From assembly GCA_020718125.1 (NCBI GenBank), contig DYDC01000002.1, positions 1 through 39,952 on the forward strand: a stretch of DNA of 39,952 nt. The letters run 5' to 3'. The position numbers and the translations under genes are program-made. Positions 33,356 through 39,952 of this stretch are shown in pieces. Origin of the DNA: Methylacidiphilum sp. Lineage in GTDB: Bacteria > Verrucomicrobiota > Verrucomicrobiia > CAIQCK01. The notes beneath the pieces were generated by a model that saw only the letters and a program-made list of their open reading frames with translations, ran no database searches and was not told the origin of the DNA. Numbering within the stretch: position 1 is the stretch's first letter; each line of letters starts with the position of its first letter.

Positions 33356-34059
33356 GCCCCGGCGGTCCGCTCGACCGGACGCGGCGGGCCGAACAGGCCA
33401 TCGCGCAGGCGCAGGTCATCGTCGGCTACAAACGCTACGTCGAGCACATTAGCGACCTCGTCGCGGGCAAGGAGATCGTCAGCACCGGCATGCGCGAGGA
33501 AGTGGAGCGTTGCCGGCTGGCTCTGCAACACGCCGCGCGCGGCGAGGTCGTCGCGCTGGTGTCGTCGGGCGACGCCGGCATCTACGGCATGGCGGGGTTG
33601 GCGATTGAGATGGCGCACAGCGAGGGCTTGAAGGCGCGGATTGAGATCATCCCCGGCATCACCGCCGCCAGCGCCGCCGCGGCACGACTGGGCGCGCCGT
33701 TGACGCTGGATTTTGCGGCGATCAGCTTGAGCGACCTGTTGGTGCCGTGGGAAATGATCCGCAGGCGGTTGGAGGCGGTGGCGGCGGCTGATCTGACGCT
33801 GGCGCTCTACAATCCACGCAGCAGCAAACGCGTCCAGCAACTGGAAGAGGCCGTTGAGATTCTCCTGCGTCATCGCCCGCCACAGACGCCGGCTGGCATC
33901 GGCGTGGCGGTCGGCACCGAGGAAGAGCGGATTCAACTCACGACTCTCGGCGAACTGCTGAAGCAGGAGATTGACATGCGCACCATCGTCATCATCGGCA
34001 ACAGCACGACGCAGGTGCTGGACGGCTGGATGGTGACCGCGCGCGGCTACCGCGTATGA
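33337..34059 (+). CDS. cbiH: Cobalt-factor III / precorrin-3B C17-methyltransferase; start codon unresolved
   Basis: The conserved N-terminus LLVVGIGPGGPLDRT..VIVGYKRYV..GMREEVER..VSSGDAGIYGMAGL begins at about 33337. That is upstream of the only canonical in-frame start (ATG 33490) and overlaps the end of cbiG. Only CTG (33337/33340) or ATT codons are available. Confidence 0.8.
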   Translation: MLVVGIGPGGPLDRTRRAEQAIAQAQVIVGYKRYVEHISDLVAGKEIVSTGMREEVERCRLALQHAARGEVVALVSSGDAGIYGMAGLAIEMAHSEGLKARIEIIPGITAASAAAARLGAPLTLDFAAISLSDLLVPWEMIRRRLEAVAAADLTLALYNPRSSKRVQQLEEAVEILLRHRPPQTPAGIGVAVGTEEERIQLTTLGELLKQEIDMRTIVIIGNSTTQVLDGWMVTARGYRV

Positions 34060-34862
34060 TCCTGCTCCTTGGCGGCACCAGCGAGACGGCCATGATCGCA
34101 ACGCGCCTGGCCGCGAGCGGCCATCGCGTGCTGATTTCGACGGCCACGGACGAGCCGCTCGACGTGGGCGGCGATGCGCGCATTGAGCGCCGTTGCGGGC
34201 GCCTCGACGAAGCCGGGATGGTTTCATTGGTGAAACATCGAGGTGTCACCGCAGTCGTGGATGCAACGCATCCCTACGCGGCGGTCGTTCACGGGACGGC
34301 GAGCCGCGTGGCGAAGCAGACGGGCGTTCCGCATTTTCGTTTCCAGCGGCCCGATTCCGTGCTCGGCGCGAGCGTAGTGGAAGCCGCCGATCATGCCGCA
34401 GCGGCGCGGGTGGCTTGCTCGTTCGGCAAGCCGGTCTTGCTGACGACCGGCTCGAACAACCTGCGGCCTTATGTGGAGGCGGCCCGGCGCGTGGGCGTGA
34501 GGTTGGTGGCGCGCGTCCTGCCGCGACCGGAGTCGTTGCTGGCGTGTCGCGAAGCCGGCATTGCGGACGCGAACGTCATCGCCGGCAAAGGCCCGTTTAC
34601 TGTCGAAGAAACCCGCGACCACATCCGGCGTTTTGCCGTTGGCGTGTTGGTGAGCAAGGAGAGCGGCGAGGCTGGCGGTGTGCCGGCAAAGATCGAGGCA
34701 GCCAGGCTAGAGCGCTGTAAAGTCGTGGTCGTCCGCCGGCCAGGCAGCAGCGCACGCAGTGGTTGTTCGGACGTTGCCGAACTGGTCGAGACTGTCGTGC
34801 TCGAACTGCGGGCGGCGCGTGGCTCTAAAACTGTCGTGCCGCTGACGCCGCGCGTGCCGTAG
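34056..34862 (+). CDS. cbiJ: Cobalt-precorrin-6A reductase
   Basis: 268 aa. Motifs: ILLLGGTSE, VVDATHPYA, PHFRFQRP, GPFT, LVSKESG. ATGA overlap with cbiH. Confidence 0.85.
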   Translation: MILLLGGTSETAMIATRLAASGHRVLISTATDEPLDVGGDARIERRCGRLDEAGMVSLVKHRGVTAVVDATHPYAAVVHGTASRVAKQTGVPHFRFQRPDSVLGASVVEAADHAAAARVACSFGKPVLLTTGSNNLRPYVEAARRVGVRLVARVLPRPESLLACREAGIADANVIAGKGPFTVEETRDHIRRFAVGVLVSKESGEAGGVPAKIEAARLERCKVVVVRRPGSSARSGCSDVAELVETVVLELRAARGSKTVVPLTPRVP

Positions 34863-34901
34863 CCTCTGCGCGAATTGATGCCGCGAAAGGACAGTCACAC
34901 C

Positions 34902-35375
34902 ATGAAAAAGCTGCTTTGCGCCCTCATGCTTCCCCTGCTGGTTGGCTGCGCTGATGCCGCCGACAAATCCGCCGCCGACAAGCTCGGCTGGCAACTGGCC
35001 ATCCACGCCTACACCTTCAAGGAGTTCCAGATCAACGACGCGATAGACAAGACCGCCGGCCTCGGCCTCAAGTATATGAGCCTCTCCGGCCGCGTGAACC
35101 TCGACGGCAAGAAGCCAGCGCCGACCCCCGGCATCTCCGCCGCCGACCTCGGCGCCATCAAGAAGAAGCTCGCCAGCGCCGGCATCAAGCGGGTCGTCAA
35201 CTGGGGCGTCGTCAAGCTGCCCCCTGATGAAGCCAAGTGCCGCGAGATATTCGAGTTCGCCAAGAAGATGGGCGCCGACACCCTCGTCTCCGAGCCGGAG
35301 CCGGCCGCCCTCGGCATCATCGAGAAGCTCTGCAAGGAGTTCCGCATGAAGGTCGCCATCCATAACCATCCCAAG
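34902..35375 (+). pseudogene. 3'-truncated lipoprotein of the sugar-phosphate isomerase/epimerase (xylose-isomerase-like TIM barrel) family
   Basis: MKKLLCALMLPLLVGC (lipobox) followed by WQLAIHAYTFKEF..AIDKTAGLGLKYM...KVAIHNHPK. Family-like sequence stops at about codon 158. The ORF then runs to 35660 as Arg/Ala/Pro-rich sequence antisense to the convergent MBL gene. Confidence 0.55.
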
Positions 35376-35397
35376 CGCGAGAAAGACCCCGCGCCGG

Positions 35398-36222
35398 TCA
35401 CGCGAACGGGTTGTGTTCGCGTTCGGCGGCCACTGTCGTCAGCGGCCCGTGGCCGGGGCAGAGGATCGTTCGCTCGCCGAGGCCGAGCAGTTGCTCGCGC
35501 ACCGATTTCAGCAGCGCGGCATACGAGTGCATCGGCCGCCCCGCCGAGCCGGCGAACAGCGTGTCGCCGCAGAAGCACACCGGCGGCAGGCCCGGCCCGA
35601 AACCGTCCACGCAGAACGACAGGCCGCCCGGCGTGTGGCCCGGTGTCGGAAACGCCTTGATGCTTGTCTGGCCGAGCGAGAACTGTCCGTTGCCAGCGAG
35701 CAGTTGGGCGTTGCCGAGGGGTTCGTGCTGGCTGCCAACCACCGTTGGTGACCAACGGTGTCGAGCTTGTTCGAGCGCGCCGATGTGGTCGCCGTGCGTG
35801 TGGGTGACGAAGACGTATCGGACCTGGAAGCCGTGCTGCGCCTGCAGCCGTTCCAGCGGCTCAAACTCCACGCCCGTGTCGAAGAGCGCGCCCTCGCCCG
35901 ACGCGGCGTCCCAGACGGCGTAGCTGTTGACGGGGCTGCCGCCGAAATCGCTTTGCAGCATCGCCGCCGTGCCGAGCTGATCGAACGCCGTTGGCGCCGG
36001 CTCGTAACGCTGGAGCGCCAGGTCGAGCAAAGGGCCGGCTTTCAGTCCGAGCAGTGTTGCGAGCTTGCGGACGGTGGCCGCGTCGGGTGTCCACTGATAT
36101 TGCTCAGCCTGCTCCAGCTTTGCCGGCGTCAGGCCGGTTTCTGCCGCGAACCTATCCAGAGACCGCCCCAGGCCGGCCCGCGCCTTGCGGATGACGTCGC
36201 CAAATTCGTCCTCAAGTTTCAT
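35398..36222 (-). CDS. HTH (XRE-like) domain fused to MBL-fold metallo-hydrolase
   Basis: 274 aa. The N-terminal about 70 aa is an HTH-like segment (IRKARAGLGRSLDRFAAETGLTPAKLEQAE). It is followed by THTHGDHIG, TPGHTPG, GDTLF and PGHGP motifs. Confidence 0.8.
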   Translation of the reverse strand: MKLEDEFGDVIRKARAGLGRSLDRFAAETGLTPAKLEQAEQYQWTPDAATVRKLATLLGLKAGPLLDLALQRYEPAPTAFDQLGTAAMLQSDFGGSPVNSYAVWDAASGEGALFDTGVEFEPLERLQAQHGFQVRYVFVTHTHGDHIGALEQARHRWSPTVVGSQHEPLGNAQLLAGNGQFSLGQTSIKAFPTPGHTPGGLSFCVDGFGPGLPPVCFCGDTLFAGSAGRPMHSYAALLKSVREQLLGLGERTILCPGHGPLTTVAAEREHNPFA

Positions 36223-36258
36223 GGGTGGAGCACTGACTCTGCCGATCGGGCGCAGTTT

Positions 36259-38844
36259 CTACGGTCGTGCCGGCTGCATCGCATCGGGATGCTCGGTCTG
36301 GATTCTCTGCAGCCGCTGCTTCGCGCCTTCCGCGCCCGCGAAGCCCGACTGGGCCAGCCGCGCATAGACCTTCGCCGCCTCGCGCCAGCGGCCGTCGCCC
36401 TCGAGCAGTTCGCCCGCGTCCAGGCCCGCGCGGCAGAACCACGCCGGCCCGGCCGCGATCCGGCCCTGTTCGTCGGCGTCATAGACGATCTCCAGATACC
36501 GCTCCAGCGCCTCGGCGCGTTTGCCGAGTTTTTCGAAACACTTGCCGATCTTGTAGCGCGCCTGGCTCTTGATGGCGCGGTCGGCGCGCAGGCTGTTGAG
36601 CACCTGCTGGTAGGCCAGCACCGCCTGCTGGTAGCGCTCCAGCCGCGGATTGGCCGGGTCCTCCGTCGCCAGCGAGAAGTGGCAGTCGCCCACGCGGCCC
36701 CACGCCTCGTCGGCGCGCGGGCTGTCGGGGAAATCCCGCGCGATGCTCTCGAACACCAGCAGCGCCTCGGCAAACTTGCTTTCCTCGGTGAGCGTCTCGG
36801 CCTCGAGCATCCGCGCGTCGGCCCGCCACGGGCTGGCGCGGTAGGCCGGATTCTGGAGCAACCCCTCCAGCACGTCCCGCGCTTCCTTGTAGGCCTGGCG
36901 GTTCATTGCCGCGCGGGCGGCCCAGAGGATTGCCGTGTCCGCCAGCCGGTGCGCCGGCCATTTCGCCGGGACCGTCATGAACAGTTTCTGCGCCTCGACC
37001 CATTGCTTGTTGTTGAACTGCTGCTGCGCCAGCCAGAAAAACGCCTCGGCCGCCACCGGCGAGTTCGGGTGTTCCTTCGCCACCTGCTCGAACGCCGCGC
37101 GTGTGGCGGCCTCGTCGCCCGCCTGCTCCACACACTGTGCCCGCGCGAACACCGCCTGTGCCGCGATCTCCGGCGGCGGCTTCGACGCGAGCAGTTCCTC
37201 GTAAGCCGTCATCGCCAGCCGCCACTGGCCCGATGCCTCGAGTGCCGCGGCCGCCGCCAGCCGCGCCCGCGTCGCCAGCGGGTCCGGCGCCCGCCCGACC
37301 CACAGCTTCTCGAACGTCTGCCATGCGCGCTCGTATTGCTTCTGCGCCACATAGGCCTGCCCGAGTTGCAGCCGCGCCTCGTCGGCGTGCGCGTGATTCG
37401 GGAACTGCGCCAGCATCTTCTCCAGCGCCGCCGCGCAGCGATCCATCCGGTCCGCGCGGCTCGACGCCAGCGCGAGCTGCCAGAGCGCGTCGGCCGCGGC
37501 CTGCCCGGACGGCTCGGCGTTGCAGGCGCGCTCGTAGGCATCGGCGGCCTTCACGAAATCCTTGTTCTCCAGCGCCAGGTCGCCCAGTTTGAACCACGCC
37601 GCCGCCACCAGCGGCGCGGCCTGCACCGTGGTCGTGATCTGCGCGAACATGTCGCCCGCCTCGGCCTTGCGGCCCAGCGCCAGCAACGTCCACGCCGCGC
37701 CCGACATCGCGTTGGGCGTCTCGGCGCTCTTGGGGAACAGCGCCAGCAGCCGTTGATATTCCGCCAGCGCCTCCTCGTGCTGCTTGACGCCGCTGAGCAA
37801 CTCGGCCAGCCGCAGCGACACCGGCGCGGTCATCGCGTCCCGCGGATGTTCGTCCACAAACCGGCGCAAAGACGGGATCACCTCGGCAGCCACGCCCAGC
37901 CGTTTTGCCAGGTCGCCAAGCTGGAGCGCCGCCGTGCGCTTGACTGCCACCACGGCCTCGCCGCCGGCCGCATTGCTGCCGGCCTGCTCGAACGCCTGCC
38001 GGAACGCCGCCACCGCGTCCTTCCATCGCTGCTGCGCCAGCCGGACCTCGCCGATGGCCAGCCATGCCTGGCCTTTCATCAAGGGCGGCAGCGCGGGGCC
38101 TTTGGCCGGCGCGAGCGCCCGCTCGAACGCCACCGCCGCCGCGTCGGCCTTGCCCTGCTCGCGCAACGACTGCGCCAGCCAGTAGGGCGCCGCCGTGGCC
38201 GCGCGCGTGCCGCCGTAGTGCGCCGCCACCGACTCGAACTGCGTGTCCGCCGTCTCGTGCTGTCTGCGCGCCAGCGCGATCCGCCCGCGCATCAACAGCG
38301 CGTCGGCCAGCACATCGCGCGTCGCGCCGGGCCGCGTCACCACGAGATTGAACGCCTCGTCAGCCTCGTCGAATTTCTTCTGCCCGAACAGCGCGTAGCC
38401 CAGCCCGTATTGCGACTGCGCGCGATAGCGGCCCGTCCCGAAAAACCGCCCGCTCGCCGCGCGGTAACTGGCCTCGGCCTCGGCCCAACGCCCGGCGTCG
38501 GCCAGCGCCTCGCCGTGCCAGTAGAGGAACGGCTCGGCGAACTTGCCGGCCGGGTATTTCGCCACCGCATCGGTGAGCCACTTCACCGCCGCCTCGGTCT
38601 GCCCGGAAAGCACCAGCGTCTCGCCCACCAGCAACGTCGCCTCCTCGGCCTCGGCGGCCCGCGGGAACTGCTGGAGCAGGGCGCACAACTGGCGTTCGGC
38701 GACATCATGGATGCCGTCGTTGAACGCCTTGCGGCCCATGCGCATCAACTCGCCCGCGCTGCGCGCCGTCTGGCCGGGAACGACCGGCGCGACGGCGAGC
38801 AGCGCAGCCAGCGCCGCGAAAATGGTTTGTTTCACCCAACGCAC
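36259..38844 (-). CDS. Large secreted tetratricopeptide-repeat (TPR) protein
   Basis: 861 aa with a signal peptide (MRWVKQTIFAALAALLAVAPVVPG). It shows repeated A/L/Y/W-rich 34-residue patterns (..A.Y.LG.A....G....A...F..V....P) throughout. Confidence 0.75.
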   Translation of the reverse strand: MRWVKQTIFAALAALLAVAPVVPGQTARSAGELMRMGRKAFNDGIHDVAERQLCALLQQFPRAAEAEEATLLVGETLVLSGQTEAAVKWLTDAVAKYPAGKFAEPFLYWHGEALADAGRWAEAEASYRAASGRFFGTGRYRAQSQYGLGYALFGQKKFDEADEAFNLVVTRPGATRDVLADALLMRGRIALARRQHETADTQFESVAAHYGGTRAATAAPYWLAQSLREQGKADAAAVAFERALAPAKGPALPPLMKGQAWLAIGEVRLAQQRWKDAVAAFRQAFEQAGSNAAGGEAVVAVKRTAALQLGDLAKRLGVAAEVIPSLRRFVDEHPRDAMTAPVSLRLAELLSGVKQHEEALAEYQRLLALFPKSAETPNAMSGAAWTLLALGRKAEAGDMFAQITTTVQAAPLVAAAWFKLGDLALENKDFVKAADAYERACNAEPSGQAAADALWQLALASSRADRMDRCAAALEKMLAQFPNHAHADEARLQLGQAYVAQKQYERAWQTFEKLWVGRAPDPLATRARLAAAAALEASGQWRLAMTAYEELLASKPPPEIAAQAVFARAQCVEQAGDEAATRAAFEQVAKEHPNSPVAAEAFFWLAQQQFNNKQWVEAQKLFMTVPAKWPAHRLADTAILWAARAAMNRQAYKEARDVLEGLLQNPAYRASPWRADARMLEAETLTEESKFAEALLVFESIARDFPDSPRADEAWGRVGDCHFSLATEDPANPRLERYQQAVLAYQQVLNSLRADRAIKSQARYKIGKCFEKLGKRAEALERYLEIVYDADEQGRIAAGPAWFCRAGLDAGELLEGDGRWREAAKVYARLAQSGFAGAEGAKQRLQRIQTEHPDAMQPARP

Positions 38845-38913
38845 GGCCGCGATGTTCGCAAACCGTCCGCAACGGGTCGAGGCAAAATCTCGGCACGGAT
38901 TGGCGGGCTGGGA

Positions 38914-39837
38914 TCAGTCGGCCCGTTCGTAGGCGCGCTCGAAGTCGGCAAAGGTCTTGAATTTGTCCGGGTAAACCGCCAGCACGGCGTCTTCGAACTT
39001 GGCCCCCTCGACGATCTTGTTGACGAGCGGCAGGAACCTCTTGCGGTCGAGCTTGGTGATCAGGAACCGCACCAGCCGCGCGCTGGTGGCGTAGAACTCG
39101 CTGACGTCGCTCCTGTCGTCAGGATACTCCGTCGCTGCCAGCAGTCTCTGGATCGGGAACTTCGCCGGCCCGTGGCGGGCGTTGGCGCGCGCGCCGCCGC
39201 CGATGCCCTTGAACTTCGCGTAGGCGTTGCCGCTCTCGAACTCCGCAAAGCCCTCGTTCAACCACATCGGGATGCGGTGCGGCACGAACCGGTGGAAGAT
39301 GCAGTGGGTGATCTCGTGCGCGAGCGTGCCGGTGGCGAAGCTGTCGTGCTGGCGGCTCAGGAAGAACAGTTCGCTGCGCGACGAGAAGCCGGCGGCCCAC
39401 TCCTGCACCTCCGCGTCCTTCACAAACGCCTGCCAGTCCTCCGGCTTCTCGAACTGGAACAAATGGTTCTTGCGGTCGAAACGGTCCTCGGTGGCCTGCA
39501 GGTCGCTCTTGATCTGCTGGTAGTAGAACTCCGCCTGGCGCGCCACCTTCTTTGCGTCAATGGCCTTTCGATAGTGGATGACGAAATGCGGCGTCTCGGC
39601 GTGCCGCCACGCATTGGGGTCCTTGCCCAGCGCCAACTCCCCCATCTCAAACAGTTTCTTGTCGGTGATCTTCTCCCAGGTGGTCTCCACCAGCGGCGTG
39701 TCCGCGCCGCGCGCCGCCGCCCCTGTCGCGCCGCTGCCGATGCCCATCCGTTGCCGTATCTCGTCAACGGTCTGGGCGGAGACAACGGCCGCCCCGACGC
39801 AGCCGGCCAGCAGAAGGCTCCCAAGTCGCGCACTCAT
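38914..39837 (-). CDS. Secreted HExxH metallopeptidase-like protein (MA-clan / DUF1570-like)
   Basis: ORF 38914..39888. The likely start is MSARLGSLLLAGCVGAAVVSAQ at 39837. It has an HEITH zinc motif followed by WLNEGFAE (gluzincin-type third ligand). Confidence 0.6.
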   Translation of the reverse strand: MSARLGSLLLAGCVGAAVVSAQTVDEIRQRMGIGSGATGAAARGADTPLVETTWEKITDKKLFEMGELALGKDPNAWRHAETPHFVIHYRKAIDAKKVARQAEFYYQQIKSDLQATEDRFDRKNHLFQFEKPEDWQAFVKDAEVQEWAAGFSSRSELFFLSRQHDSFATGTLAHEITHCIFHRFVPHRIPMWLNEGFAEFESGNAYAKFKGIGGGARANARHGPAKFPIQRLLAATEYPDDRSDVSEFYATSARLVRFLITKLDRKRFLPLVNKIVEGAKFEDAVLAVYPDKFKTFADFERAYERAD

Positions 39838-39952
39838 GGCGGCATGTTTATGGAATATCGCCGCGCCCGTCAAGCCTCCAGGAAGCACTGCCCCTTCTTA
39901 GGGCGCAACTTGACACACGCACCACGATCAAGTCCCGGAGGGACGGACGAGA

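Noticed and set aside
32656-34227. 523-aa minus-strand ORF opposite cbiG/cbiH/cbiJ, and similar ORFs at 24438-25547, 27729-28529, 29283-30455 and 30085-30900
   Set aside because: All are antisense to motif-bearing B12 genes. All are Arg/Pro/Ala-rich with no recognisable family features.
36479-38065. 528-aa minus-strand ORF in an alternative frame of the TPR gene (plus several + strand ORFs at 37101-38351)
   Set aside because: The sequence is Gly/Arg/Ala-rich frame-shadow translation. The 861-aa frame shows coherent TPR periodicity and a signal peptide, so the alternatives are rejected.

Overview
High-GC bacterial chromosomal window. Hand counts give about 70-78% GC in most genes and about 48-57% in one island. 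Protein families and heptamer repeats suggest a PVC-superphylum (Verrucomicrobiota/Planctomycetota-like) genome, but that is inference only. The window is dominated by vitamin B12 biology, organised around a divergent control region (19.39-20.12 kb) with two back-to-back cobalamin riboswitches. (1) Rightward, a tightly translationally coupled operon (20133-34862, + strand; 15 CDS, two of them two-enzyme fusions) encodes most of the anaerobic cobalt-early corrin pathway plus the CbiMNQO cobalt ECF transporter: cobD-cobQ fusion, cbiB, cobO, cbiA, cbiX-cbiC fusion, cbiMNQO, cbiD, cbiE, cbiL, cbiF, cbiG, cbiH, cbiJ. (2) Leftward, a long minus-strand operon starts with a markedly lower-GC five-gene module: TonB-dependent receptor, DUF2162-like membrane protein, ExbB-like protein, DUF2149-like protein, and a 1333-aa CobN-family chelatase predicted to be periplasmic. 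A 178-aa C-terminal remnant of a second TonB-dependent receptor follows, then cobU, a btuFDC-like ABC importer and a PduO-type adenosyltransferase. The riboswitch-controlled, Hmu-like extracytoplasmic CobN module is the most interesting system here. Flanking genes are housekeeping or envelope functions: ispH, rfaE2, tail-specific protease, a prenyltransferase-repeat protein, a TPR protein, an HExxH peptidase and an HTH-MBL hydrolase. Three apparent gene remnants were found: a moxR/DUF58 chimera, the TBDR C-terminal fragment, and a truncated sugar-phosphate isomerase. There are also in-frame or leader-embedded palindromic and heptamer repeats, and a cbiG/cbiH junction with no canonical start codon. 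I recognised no rRNA, tRNA, CRISPR array, transposase or integrase. All family assignments come from reading the translations against remembered family motifs; no database search was run.
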